Positions 42,467 through 52,514 are shown, numbered from the stretch's first letter. The stretch: DNA of 64,000 nt from Nitrospirota bacterium (GCA_963751455.1 CAVVUN010000015.1:928001-992000); one strand, 5' to 3'. Numbers and translations are program-made. The notes: generated by a model not told the origin, from the sequence alone.

Positions 42467-42601
42467 CAGGTTGTCAGGAAACGTCATCTCGTCATCCTGG
42501 CGCAGGGAAGAATTTTCGCGTCTTTCGCTTCGTTCAGGATGGCGATGTTTTTAACAATCCGCCGCACAGGTCGGTCGAGCGCCGAAACGAGGAGGCACCT
42601 C

Positions 42602-43639
42602 ATGGATGACACAAAAAAGTATTTCGACAACTGGTTCAAATCTCAGGGCCGCATTCTTGAAGGCTTGGCCGAGATGACAAGGAAATACCAGGAGTCTTTC
42701 TGGGGCCTCGCGCAGAAGGGAGGACCCCCGAGTTTAACGGTTTTCCCAAATGTGTTTACCTCCTGGTCGAACACGGTTTTGAATGCAATGCGCCAGACAG
42801 GCAGTGGAGATCTATCCGACAGGCTTGGATCAAACGCGTACCTGAATCTTTATGAGATCTGGCTTACTCTCATAAAGGCAATCCAGGAAAAAACCATGGA
42901 TCCGAATGCTTATAAAGATCTGGCAGACTCGACAAAATACAAGGATGTTCTGGACCGGGTCTTCGGTTTTGATCCTGACTTCATCACCCAGGCCGCCGTT
43001 CAGGCCTCAAAGCTGCTGGAAGCATTCGGCGGTTCCACGCAGCACTTTATCAAACCGTGGATAGAGGCGTCCGAGAAAAACATGAAAACGCTTCCTCAGA
43101 TCGTAGAAGGCCGTCCCGAAGCGTATATGTCAGCATATCATAACCTGTTTAATGCGTTTGACGGCACGTTCGGGAAGTTTTTTCATGTTCCCCCAGTCGG
43201 GAAGGACAGGGAGAAAATTGAACTGATTCTAAGGACCCTCGATGACCTTTGTGTTTATCTTGCAAAGTCCATTGAATATCAGCATACGATGTACGTGACC
43301 GGAATGACGGCTCTGGAAAAAGTAATAACGACCATCACGGAAAAAGGCAACAAGGGGGAGGACATCAAGGGATTCGAAGAATTTATCGACGTGTGGGTCG
43401 ATATAAACGAGAAAACCTATTACGAGCTGTTTCAATCACGCGAGTTCTCCAGGATGCAGGGGGAATTGCTTGAGACAGGCCTCAAACTGCGGCAGCATAA
43501 TTTCAAGTTGATGGAGCTCTATTTGTACGATTATCCGATTGCGCTCCGTTCTGAAATGGACGATTTGTATAAAACCATTTACGAATTGAAGAAGAAGGTG
43601 AGAAGCCTCGAAAAACAATTCGGGGAGGTAGCCGCATGA
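42602..43639 (+). CDS. phaE: Class III PHA synthase subunit PhaE
   Basis: PPVGKDRE; C-terminal RSEMDDLYKTIYELKKKVR PhaE box; ATGA overlap with phaC. Confidence 0.9.
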   Translation: MDDTKKYFDNWFKSQGRILEGLAEMTRKYQESFWGLAQKGGPPSLTVFPNVFTSWSNTVLNAMRQTGSGDLSDRLGSNAYLNLYEIWLTLIKAIQEKTMDPNAYKDLADSTKYKDVLDRVFGFDPDFITQAAVQASKLLEAFGGSTQHFIKPWIEASEKNMKTLPQIVEGRPEAYMSAYHNLFNAFDGTFGKFFHVPPVGKDREKIELILRTLDDLCVYLAKSIEYQHTMYVTGMTALEKVITTITEKGNKGEDIKGFEEFIDVWVDINEKTYYELFQSREFSRMQGELLETGLKLRQHNFKLMELYLYDYPIALRSEMDDLYKTIYELKKKVRSLEKQFGEVAA

Positions 43640-44820
43640 AATCGCCACTTGACACAACACTCGTGAAAGATTTCGTGGAGCAGCTGGGAGACATGGGGGT
43701 GAAGCTCGCGAAGGGCTCGGAAACCGTCACGGAAATAGATGAAATTGACGTCGGGACAGCCCCCAAAGACATTATCTATGCCGAGGACAAGCTTCAGGTT
43801 TTCCATTACCGGCGGGAAGAGAAGGCAACCTGCACCATACCGGTCCTGATCGTGTATGCACTGGTGAACCGGGAGTACATGCTCGACCTTCAGCCTGACC
43901 GCAGCGTCGTCAGAAATCTTATCCAGCACGGGATTGATGTATATATGATCGATTGGGGCTATCCGACAAAAACGGACATGTACGTAAGCATGGACGATTA
44001 CATAAACGGATATCTGAATAACTGTGTCGACGTTGTCAGAAAAAATTCCGGTGCGGACAAGATCAATATCATGGGGATATGCCAGGGAGGCACCTTCAGC
44101 GGGATTTATTCGTCACTCTATCCCGAGAAGATCAAAAATCTCGTCACGATCGCAGCACCGTTCGATTTTTCAACCAATGACGCTCTTCTCTTCAACTGGT
44201 CAAAGGACATGCCTGCCGACGCCCTTGTCGATACCTACCGGGTCGTTCCAGGAGATTTTCTGAATCAGGGCTTCCTGATGCTGATGCCCTTTACGCTGAA
44301 CGTCAGAAAGTATGTCGATATGCTCGATCTGATAGAAGATAAGGAAAAATTCCTGAACTTCCTCCGGATGGAGAAATGGATCTTTGACAGCCCGGGCCAG
44401 GCAGGGGAGTGCCTGAGGCAGTTTATGAAGGATTTATATCAGGGGAACAAGCTCGTCAAAGGCGAATTGAAGCTGGGCGGTCAAACGGTAAACCTTAAAA
44501 ACATCACCATGCCGCTGTTGAACATCTATGCCACTGCAGACCACCTCGTCCCGCCCAACGCCACAAAGCCGTTGAATGATCTGGTGGGAAGCACCGATAA
44601 ATCACTCTATGAATTCAAAGGCGGCCATATCGGCATCTTTGTAGGGACGAAATCTCAAAAGGAGCTTGCTCCCGCGATAGCGCAGTGGCTTCAGCAGAGA
44701 TGCGGAAATGGGGCGGTAAAGCCTGAGGGGGCGACAAAGCCTGAGAAAGCGGAAACCCCGCCTTCTGCAGGGACCAGAGCCAAGGAGCCCGGACGCCGGA
44801 AACGCCCCGGGAATGAATGA
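43636..44820 (+). CDS. phaC: Class III PHA synthase subunit PhaC
   Basis: PVLIVYALVNR, lipase box GICQGG, RMEKWIFDSP, DHLVP, GGHIG. Confidence 0.96.
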   Translation: MKSPLDTTLVKDFVEQLGDMGVKLAKGSETVTEIDEIDVGTAPKDIIYAEDKLQVFHYRREEKATCTIPVLIVYALVNREYMLDLQPDRSVVRNLIQHGIDVYMIDWGYPTKTDMYVSMDDYINGYLNNCVDVVRKNSGADKINIMGICQGGTFSGIYSSLYPEKIKNLVTIAAPFDFSTNDALLFNWSKDMPADALVDTYRVVPGDFLNQGFLMLMPFTLNVRKYVDMLDLIEDKEKFLNFLRMEKWIFDSPGQAGECLRQFMKDLYQGNKLVKGELKLGGQTVNLKNITMPLLNIYATADHLVPPNATKPLNDLVGSTDKSLYEFKGGHIGIFVGTKSQKELAPAIAQWLQQRCGNGAVKPEGATKPEKAETPPSAGTRAKEPGRRKRPGNE

Positions 44821-44848
44821 AGCGGGAGGACGAGAGGAAAATATCATT

Positions 44849-45592
44849 ATGGAATTGACGGGCAAAAAAATCATTGTAACGGGCGGCGCGCGCGGTATGG
44901 GAAAGAGGTTCGCCGTGGATTTAAAGGCCCAGGGCGCCAAACCAACCGTTGTGGATGTGGCTCAGGATACACTTGACGCGCTGAAGAATGAAACCGGCAT
45001 CCCAGGACAGGTTGTCGATGTAAGCAATGAAAAGAGCGTCGAGTCCTTTTTTGAGCAATATACCCGGGAGAACGGCGCTCCGGATGCGTTGATCAACAAT
45101 GCCGGAATCACGGCTGATTCTCTCTTTATCAAGAAAAAAGGGGACGAGGTTACGAAGTTTCCCTTCCCGAACTGGGAAAGGGTGCTCAATGTCAACCTGA
45201 CGGGGGTCTTCCTGTGCGCGCGGGAGGCCGCGTTTCATATGGTGAAGAACAGCGTCAAAGGCGTGATCGTGAATATTTCATCGATCAGCCGGGCAGGGAA
45301 CCTGGGCCAGACAAACTATTCAGCTGCAAAATCCGCAGTTGACTCGATGACCGTAACCTGGGCGAAAGAACTGGCGAGATACGGCATCCGTGTGGGCGCG
45401 ATCGCTCCAGGCTATATCAACACCGAGATGGTTGCCAAGATCAGACCCGAAGTCCTCGAGAAACTCATCCAGAACATTCCGGCAGGGCGGCTCGGCGATA
45501 TGGGCGAAATATCTCTTGCCGTTCAGTTCATCATAAAAAATGACTTCTTTACCGGCAGAATTCTGGAAGTGGACGGCGGCATGAGGATCTGA
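44849..45592 (+). CDS. SDR 3-oxoacyl/acetoacetyl-CoA reductase (PhaB/FabG-like), paralog 2
   Basis: TGGARGMG, NNAG, YSAAK; lies between phaC and the thiolase. Confidence 0.9.
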   Translation: MELTGKKIIVTGGARGMGKRFAVDLKAQGAKPTVVDVAQDTLDALKNETGIPGQVVDVSNEKSVESFFEQYTRENGAPDALINNAGITADSLFIKKKGDEVTKFPFPNWERVLNVNLTGVFLCAREAAFHMVKNSVKGVIVNISSISRAGNLGQTNYSAAKSAVDSMTVTWAKELARYGIRVGAIAPGYINTEMVAKIRPEVLEKLIQNIPAGRLGDMGEISLAVQFIIKNDFFTGRILEVDGGMRI

Positions 45593-45735
45593 GCTTAAAA
45601 AAGAATTGCATATTGCAAAGTGTTGGAATGTATTTATGGCTTCCGGCCATACCGCAAATTTACAATTTAAATTTTCAATTTGCAATTAGTGCAGTCAGGC
45701 TTCCTGGCTTGACTCCACTCACTGGGGAGGATGCA

Positions 45736-46917
45736 ATGGAAGCGTATATCGTAGGAGGGACCAGGACAGCCATCGGAAGATACGGCGGCGCCCTCGCCTC
45801 CCTGGATGCCATAGATATAGGGTCGGCGGTGATCAAAGAGGTTTTGAAAAGAACCGGGATCCCGAGAGAAGCAGTTCAGGAAGTGATCATGGGGCAGGTA
45901 CTCCAGGCCGGGCTCGGGCAAAACCCGGCCCGCCAGGCAGCTATGCGCGCCGGACTGCCTGAAAACGTGCCGGCCTTCACCGTAAACAAGGTATGCGGCT
46001 CCGGATTGAAGTCTGTTGTGCTCGCGGGTTTAACCATTTCGGCGGGAGAAGAGAACGCTATTATTGCGGGCGGCATGGAGCATATGACAAGCGCGCCTTA
46101 TGTGGTAAAGTCCGCACGGTGGGGGCAGCGTCTGGGAAACGCAGAGATGACGGATACGCTCGTAAACGACGCGCTTTGGGATACTTTCTATGAGTGCCAT
46201 ATGGGAATTACAGCCGAGAACATTGCGACCAAGTACGGCATAAACAGAATCGATCAGGATCAGTTTGCAATGGACTCGCAAAGGAAGACAGAGCAGGCAA
46301 TCAAGGAAGGCAAGTTCAAGGATGAGATTGTTCCCCTGAAAGTCAAACCGGAAAAAGGTCCGGACAAGATTTTTGATACGGACGAGCATCCCCGCTTCGG
46401 TACCACGTGCGAGGCCCTTGGCAAATTGAAGCCGGCGTTCAGGACGGAGGGGACGGTCACCGCGGGCAACGCCTCGGGCATCAACGACGGAGCTGCGGCT
46501 GTGCTGGTTGTTTCCCGGGATAAAATGAAGGAAATGAGCCCTCCCTGGGCTTTTAAATTACGCGCTTGGTCCACAGCCGCAATAGATCCTGCGTTTATGG
46601 GTCTAGGACCCATTGACGCCTGCAAACAGGTCCTTGAACGCGGAAAGCTTGCTGTGAAAGATCTTGATCTGGTCGAGGTCAACGAAGCGTTTGCCGCACA
46701 GTCGATCCAGGTGCACCGGGCGTTGAAATGGGACATGGAAAAGGTGAATGTTCTGGGCGGGGCTATTGCGCTCGGACACCCGGTGGGAGCGAGCGGAACG
46801 AGGATCCTTGTAACCCTTCTTTATGAAATGGTACGGCGCAATGTAAATCTGGGCCTGGCCTCGCTTTGCATCGGCGGCGGGCAGGGCATTGCCGTGATCG
46901 TGGAGCGGGTCAGGTAA
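45736..46917 (+). CDS. Acetyl-CoA C-acetyltransferase (thiolase, PhaA-like)
   Basis: NKVCGSG, NEAFA, GHPVGASG, CIGGGQG. Confidence 0.95.
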   Translation: MEAYIVGGTRTAIGRYGGALASLDAIDIGSAVIKEVLKRTGIPREAVQEVIMGQVLQAGLGQNPARQAAMRAGLPENVPAFTVNKVCGSGLKSVVLAGLTISAGEENAIIAGGMEHMTSAPYVVKSARWGQRLGNAEMTDTLVNDALWDTFYECHMGITAENIATKYGINRIDQDQFAMDSQRKTEQAIKEGKFKDEIVPLKVKPEKGPDKIFDTDEHPRFGTTCEALGKLKPAFRTEGTVTAGNASGINDGAAAVLVVSRDKMKEMSPPWAFKLRAWSTAAIDPAFMGLGPIDACKQVLERGKLAVKDLDLVEVNEAFAAQSIQVHRALKWDMEKVNVLGGAIALGHPVGASGTRILVTLLYEMVRRNVNLGLASLCIGGGQGIAVIVERVR

Positions 46918-46988
46918 ATAAATTACCGGCTGTTTTCCGCTGTGCCGATCCGTGGTGACGGCTCACGGCATTTGCAATCACAGGATGA

Positions 46989-47540
46989 CTAGTCCGTATC
47001 GCAGGGTGGTATGCGTTCTTTAAGTTTTGAAAGGCGTGCCGCTGTAAGTTCGGATTTCAGCACGAAGTCGGTTTTGGCGTAAGCATCTTTTTTCTTCATG
47101 AGCAGCCATTCCTTCCCGGTGCCTTTCGGCAGGCCCTTCATCTGGGCAAGCGCGAATGCTCCTTTCAGTTTTTCCCCCTTGAGCTCGAAAACGAGCTTCC
47201 CTGCTGCAAGCCCCAATACCGGGTCCTGCCCCTCGAGGGGGAGGTACTCTCCGCTATCCCAGATTACGACCGGGCCTGCGCCGTACGATCCTTCGGGGAT
47301 GACGCCTTCGAAGTCTCTATATTCCACTGGATGGTCGGGCACCATGACAGCAAGCCGCTTGTCAGCCGGGTTCAGGGATGGGCCCTTCGGTACGGCCCAT
47401 GATTTAAGAACCCCTTCCATTTCCAGCCGGAAATCATAATGAAGTCTCGAGGCCTTGTGCTCATGTACAACAAAACGCAAATTTCTGGAATTCACTGTTA
47501 TTTTGTCCTTCCTGAAAATTCTTGACAAAGGTTTTGGCAA
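46989..47540 (-). CDS. Stand-alone LigD 3'-phosphoesterase domain protein
   Basis: [35 protein letters not shown]; no ligase or polymerase domain attached. Confidence 0.9.
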   Translation of the reverse strand: MPKPLSRIFRKDKITVNSRNLRFVVHEHKASRLHYDFRLEMEGVLKSWAVPKGPSLNPADKRLAVMVPDHPVEYRDFEGVIPEGSYGAGPVVIWDSGEYLPLEGQDPVLGLAAGKLVFELKGEKLKGAFALAQMKGLPKGTGKEWLLMKKKDAYAKTDFVLKSELTAARLSKLKERIPPCDTD

Positions 47541-47636
47541 TCTATAATATTCTTAGTTCATTCGGAACATTTTCTGTCTGAACCAATTATACTAATACTA
47601 TAGCTTAAGTATACTCGAGATGAGGATGCGGGGTCT

Positions 47637-49112
47637 ATGATCAAACTGTACAACACACTCTCCGGAAAAAAAGAAGAATTCATACCGATCACCGAAGGTA
47701 AGGTGATGATGTACGCGTGCGGCGTAACCGTATACGATTACTCACATCTTGGCCACGCTCGGGGTGCGGTCGTCTTCGACCTCATACAGCGGTATTTCAG
47801 GCGCAAGGGGTTCGACGTCAAGTACGTCCGTAACTTCACCGATATCGACGACAAGATCATCAAGCGGGCCAAAGAGGAAGGCATTTCAGCCGCTGACGTC
47901 GCACATAAATATATCGAAGCGTACCAGGAGGACATGAAGCGGCTTGGCGTCGGCAGGGCTGATGTGGAACCCAAGGCAACAGAACATATCAAAGAAATGA
48001 TCGATGTTGTCAGCGGCCTGATAAAAAAAGGACAAGCGTATGCACTGGAAGGCGATGTTTATTTCTCTGTGAGCAGCTTTAAGGATTATGGAAAGCTGTC
48101 AAAACGGAACATCGATGACCTGAAGGCCGGCGCTCGGGTCGAGGTCGATGAACGAAAGACCGACCCGCTCGACTTCGCATTATGGAAGGCTTCCAAGCCG
48201 GGAGAGCCCGCATGGGACAGCCCTTGGGGACCGGGCAGACCGGGCTGGCACATCGAATGCTCGGCGATGGGGTTCAAGCATCTTGGAGAGACCTTCGATA
48301 TTCATGCGGGGGGCAAAGATCTGATTTTCCCGCACCACGAGAACGAGATCGCGCAGAGCGAAGCCTATTCGGGCAAAAAGTTCGTCAATTACTGGATACA
48401 CAACGGGTTCGTAAACATTAACGAGGAAAAGATGTCGAAGTCCCTCGGAAACTTCTTTACCATCCGCGATATCCTCGACCAGTATGACCCTGAAGTCGTC
48501 CGTATGTTTCTTCTGTCGACGCATTACCGCAGCCCGATAGACTTCTCGGACGCCAACCTGAAAGACGCGCGCGCAGGACTTGATCGCTTCTATACAATGA
48601 AAGAAGCCATCAATAAAATTCTGGAGGGAAAGACGGCGCCGACGAGCAAACCTGAAGAGCTCATTGAAACGACTGACCGGCCGCTTTACCAGAAGATCAT
48701 GGATCTTTCGAAGACGTTCGAAGAGGCTATGGACGACGACTTCAACACTGCTTTTGCGATCGGTCTCATCTTTGACGTTGTCCGCGATACCAACAAATTT
48801 CTGGCAGAGGCGGATAAAAAGAACGAGAAAGCGGTATTTTCGATTCTCTCCGCTGCGGCTGGATCCTTTGAAGATGTGAGCAAAACGCTCGGGATTTTCC
48901 TCCGTCAGCCTGACGAGTGGTTCAAACAGAGCAGGCTTGCGGACAACAAAGTCACGATCCCTGTTGAACAAATCGAGCAGCTGATACGTGAGCGGAATGA
49001 GGCACGTGCCCGCAAGGCATGGGCCGAGGCTGACCGGGTCCGTAAAGTTCTGGATGATGCCGGCGTTGCGCTGTATGACAGGGCTGACGGAACGGTCTGG
49101 AAACCGAAGTGA
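47637..49112 (+). CDS. cysS: Cysteine--tRNA ligase
   Basis: CGVTVYD, HLGH, GWHIECS, KMSKS. Confidence 0.98.
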   Translation: MIKLYNTLSGKKEEFIPITEGKVMMYACGVTVYDYSHLGHARGAVVFDLIQRYFRRKGFDVKYVRNFTDIDDKIIKRAKEEGISAADVAHKYIEAYQEDMKRLGVGRADVEPKATEHIKEMIDVVSGLIKKGQAYALEGDVYFSVSSFKDYGKLSKRNIDDLKAGARVEVDERKTDPLDFALWKASKPGEPAWDSPWGPGRPGWHIECSAMGFKHLGETFDIHAGGKDLIFPHHENEIAQSEAYSGKKFVNYWIHNGFVNINEEKMSKSLGNFFTIRDILDQYDPEVVRMFLLSTHYRSPIDFSDANLKDARAGLDRFYTMKEAINKILEGKTAPTSKPEELIETTDRPLYQKIMDLSKTFEEAMDDDFNTAFAIGLIFDVVRDTNKFLAEADKKNEKAVFSILSAAAGSFEDVSKTLGIFLRQPDEWFKQSRLADNKVTIPVEQIEQLIRERNEARARKAWAEADRVRKVLDDAGVALYDRADGTVWKPK

Positions 49113-49164
49113 AGCGGTCTTCGACCGTGGCCATTTTATTTGAATCAAAACATAAAACCGTTTT

Positions 49165-49383
49165 TCTCGCAAAGGCGCAAAGTTCGCTAAGAAGGCACCA
49201 GCATTTGATATTGTTTCATTCAAAACCAGAAGCTTTTTATTTTCTTCGTGTCTTCGCCTGTGGCCGGCGCCTTGAGTGCGTAGCGCGAATATAGGCCATG
49301 GCTTCGTGTAAGACCGCTTTTTGACTTTACATTCATTAAGACTTAAAGTTTTTCTTTGCGACCTTTGCGCCTTTGCGCGAGAC
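49165..49383. repeat. 8/9-mer-repeat hairpin with an internal sub-element
   Basis: TCTCGCAAAGGCGCAAAG ... CTTTGCGCCTTTGCGCGAGA; same family at 28388-28470 and 32240-32311. Confidence 0.8.
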
Positions 49384-49444
49384 TGCTTTTGCTTTTGAAT
49401 TGCTTCATCCGATCTGACCGTTGTTCCCTTAACTTATCGACCAC

Positions 49445-50188
49445 ATGCGAAGAGACAAAATATTCGGCATTAACCCTGTGCTGGAAGCGCTTAAATCCGG
49501 CAGGGCAATCCAACGCGTGCTGATCGCCGAGCAGCGGAAAATCGACCGTGATACCGCCGATCTGATCCGGATGGCGAAGAATGCCGGCATAGAAGTAAGA
49601 ATGGCAAGCCGGGAGGTTCTGGACCGGGAGTCACAGCGGGGTGTTCATCAAGGTGTTATCGCTCTTACCGCTGCCCACGAATACTCTTCGCTCGACGATG
49701 TTTTACAGATACCGAAGGAACGGCAGCAGGTTCCTCTTTTCCTTATCCTGGACGGAGTGGAGGATCCGAGAAACCTGGGCGCGATCCTGAGGACATGCGA
49801 GACGGCCGGTGTTCACGGTGTAATAATTCCTGAGCGAAGGGCTGCTGGTCTCACCGAGACGGTAGGGAAAACCGCGGCAGGAGCCCTCGAATACGTGCCG
49901 GTTGCCAAGGTTGTGAATATCACACAATCGATCGATCAACTCAAGGAAGCCGGCATATGGGTAGCTGCCGCCGAGGCGGGCGGAGAAACAGAATACTGGG
50001 ATGCCGATTTTGTCCGGCCGACGGCCCTCGTCCTGGGAGGCGAGGACAAGGGTATTCGCAGGCTGGTCGGAGAACATTGCGATTATTCAGTGTCGCTGCC
50101 GCTTATGGGACATATTAATTCTCTTAATGTATCAGTTGCTGCCGGTGTGCTGCTGTATGAGGTATTGCGACAACGCCGAACCAAATAG
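49445..50188 (+). CDS. rlmB: 23S rRNA Gm2251 methyltransferase
   Basis: HQGV, DPRNLGAILR, GGEDKG, SLNVSVAAG. Confidence 0.95.
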   Translation: MRRDKIFGINPVLEALKSGRAIQRVLIAEQRKIDRDTADLIRMAKNAGIEVRMASREVLDRESQRGVHQGVIALTAAHEYSSLDDVLQIPKERQQVPLFLILDGVEDPRNLGAILRTCETAGVHGVIIPERRAAGLTETVGKTAAGALEYVPVAKVVNITQSIDQLKEAGIWVAAAEAGGETEYWDADFVRPTALVLGGEDKGIRRLVGEHCDYSVSLPLMGHINSLNVSVAAGVLLYEVLRQRRTK

Positions 50189-50301
50189 CCCTAAAATGGT
50201 TCTCTTTTTCGTTTTTCCTCATTCCTCAGAAAATATTTCGGCCTCAACGACCCGCCAAAACAAACTTAAGTATCGATTATCGGCTTTGATAATATTTTTA
50301 C

Positions 50302-50331
50302 TTGACAAAATCAGTTACAATATCTTATAAT
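50302..50331 (+). promoter_or_regulatory. Sigma70 promoter of the tRNA-tuf operon
   Basis: TTGACA-N18-TATAAT. Confidence 0.8.
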
Positions 50332-50428
50332 AACAGTTCTTTGGGCGGGACTTAGTTATTTCCCTTATCATTTTTTTAAACCAGTCTTTCCACGCGGCGC
50401 AGGGGCGTGGTATGGCCCCAAGGGTTCT

Positions 50429-50504
50429 GCCACCGTAACTCAGCTGGTAGAGTAGCTGATTTGTAATCAGCCTGTCGGGGGTTCGAGTCCCTTCGGTGGC
50501 TCCA
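50429..50504 (+). tRNA. tRNA-Thr(TGT)
   Basis: Cloverleaf; anticodon arm CTGAT-TTGTAA-TCAG; TTCGA; CCA end. Confidence 0.96.
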
Positions 50505-50550
50505 CTTTACTGACTTCGTAGCTCGCTATCGGAAATTTGTTGTTGCGTTC

Positions 50551-50636
50551 GGGGAGGTGCCCGAGTGGCCAAAGGGAACAGACTGTAAATCTGTCGGCGT
50601 CAGCCTACGGAGGTTCGAAACCTCCCCTCCCCACCA
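50551..50636 (+). tRNA. tRNA-Tyr(GTA)
   Basis: ACAGA-CTGTAAA-TCTGT; long variable arm; CCA end. Confidence 0.96.
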
Positions 50637-50775
50637 CTTTTAGTAATACTTGATCGGGGACCTGTGGAATCCGATCTTGAGTCAGTTTCTGTAAGTCGCA
50701 GCCCGAGGTCATTCGACAAGACTTCGGGCGTGAGCCGAGTCGCTCATGATGGTGAGCGAAGTCGAACCATCGAAT

Positions 50776-50852
50776 GCGGGAATAGCTCAGCTGGCTAGAG
50801 CGCAAGCCTTCCAAGCTTGGGGTCGCGGGTTCGAATCCCGTTTCCCGCTCCA
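50776..50852 (+). tRNA. tRNA-Gly(TCC)
   Basis: CAAGC-CTTCCAA-GCTTG; CCA end. Confidence 0.96.
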
Positions 50853-50863
50853 TTTCCAAGACC

Positions 50864-50939
50864 GCCCATGTAGCTCAGTTGGTAGAGCACATCCTTGGTA
50901 AGGATGAGGTCAGCGGTTCAATCCCGCTCATGGGCTCCA
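50864..50939 (+). tRNA. tRNA-Thr(GGT)
   Basis: ATCCT-TGGTA-AGGAT arm; CCA end. Confidence 0.96.
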
Positions 50940-51002
50940 TTGAACCAAACAGGTTTGAGATTTTGAGTATATTACCTTCACTTCCCGACAGGAGGGGATA
51001 GC

Positions 51003-52202
51003 ATGGCAAAGGCAAAATTTGAGAGGACAAAACCTCATGTGAACGTGGGCACGATCGGCCACGTGGACCACGGCAAAACGACGTTGACGGCAGCCATTAC
51101 GAAGGTGCTGTCGCTCAAGAACTTTGCGAGCTTCGTGGCCTACGACCAGATCGACAAGGCTCCGGAAGAACGGGAGCGCGGCATCACGATCGCGACTGCG
51201 CATGTTGAATACCAGACCGACAACCGCCATTACGCGCACGTCGACTGCCCCGGCCATGCCGACTACGTCAAGAACATGATCACGGGCGCCGCCCAGATGG
51301 ACGGAGCGATTCTCGTTGTGTCCGCCGCGGACGGCCCCATGCCCCAGACCCGCGAGCATATCCTTCTTGCGCGCCAGGTCGGTGTGCCCTATATCGTCGT
51401 GTACATGAACAAGGTGGACATGGTAGATGACCCTGAGCTGATCGAGCTGGTGGAGCTTGAGATCCGGGAGCTTCTGTCCAAGTACCAGTTCCCCGGGGAC
51501 AAGACCCCGATCGTCAAGGGCAGCGCGTTAAAGGCCCTCCAGAGCGACAGCAAGGACATAAACGCCCCCGAGTTCAAGAGCATCATGGAGCTTATGGCCG
51601 CTGTGGACAGCTACATTCCGCAGCCCAAGCGCGACATCGACAAGCCCTATCTTATGCCGCTCGAAGACGTGTTTTCCATTGCGGGCCGCGGAACCGTGGT
51701 GACCGGCAGGATCGAGCGCGGTATCGTGAAGGTAGGCGATGAAATCGAGATTGTCGGAATCAAGCCCACGCAGAAGACGGTGGTCACGGGCGTTGAGATG
51801 TTCCGGAAGCTTCTGGATGCGGGCGAAGCCGGAGACAACGTTGGAGTTCTTCTGCGCGGCATCAAGAAAGAGGACGTGGAGCGCGGCATGGTTTTGGCAA
51901 AGCCGGGAAGCATCACCCCTCATACCAAGTTCAAGGCCGAGGCCTACGTGCTTACGAAAGAAGAGGGCGGCCGGCACACTCCGTTCTTCAAAGGATACCG
52001 TCCCCAGTTCTATTTCCGTACGACGGACGTGACGGGCGTGGTAACGCTTGCTGAAGGCGTCGAGATGGTGATGCCGGGCGACAACATGACCTGCAGTGTG
52101 GAGTTGATCACCCCGATCGCCATGGACCAGGGGCTCCGGTTCGCCATCCGCGAGGGCGGCAGGACGGTGGGAGCAGGGGTTATTACGCAGGTTATTGAGT
52201 AA
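51003..52202 (+). CDS. tuf: Elongation factor Tu
   Basis: [28 protein letters not shown]. Confidence 0.99.
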   Translation: MAKAKFERTKPHVNVGTIGHVDHGKTTLTAAITKVLSLKNFASFVAYDQIDKAPEERERGITIATAHVEYQTDNRHYAHVDCPGHADYVKNMITGAAQMDGAILVVSAADGPMPQTREHILLARQVGVPYIVVYMNKVDMVDDPELIELVELEIRELLSKYQFPGDKTPIVKGSALKALQSDSKDINAPEFKSIMELMAAVDSYIPQPKRDIDKPYLMPLEDVFSIAGRGTVVTGRIERGIVKVGDEIEIVGIKPTQKTVVTGVEMFRKLLDAGEAGDNVGVLLRGIKKEDVERGMVLAKPGSITPHTKFKAEAYVLTKEEGGRHTPFFKGYRPQFYFRTTDVTGVVTLAEGVEMVMPGDNMTCSVELITPIAMDQGLRFAIREGGRTVGAGVITQVIE

Positions 52203-52325
52203 GAACTAAAGACGAGGGATGAGGGACGAAGGACGAACTTGAAGTATGCGTCCATCGTCCGAGCGAACGCAATGAGCGGTCGTCTATCGTTCATCGAGAA
52301 TTTAAATTAAAGAGGGGTTATTGAA

Positions 52326-52478
52326 ATGCGCGAAATTGTATTGCTCGCATGCGGTGACTGCAAGCGTAAAAATTATTCAACAACCAAGAACAAACGAAAC
52401 ACGCCCGATAAGCTGAATATGGACAAGTATTGCAAGTTCTGTCGCAAACATACCGTGCACAAAGAGACCAAAGCGTAA
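52326..52478 (+). CDS. rpmG: 50S ribosomal protein L33 (Zn-binding form; below the ORF-track cutoff)
   Basis: [50 protein letters not shown]. Confidence 0.96.
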   Translation: MREIVLLACGDCKRKNYSTTKNKRNTPDKLNMDKYCKFCRKHTVHKETKA

Positions 52479-52514
52479 CCTGCAGCACACAGACGCATGG
52501 AAGGTAGGGGACAC

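Noticed and set aside
46989-47540. Complete NHEJ system
   Set aside because: Only the phosphoesterase domain is present, with no Ku or ligase in the window; stand-alone forms are known.
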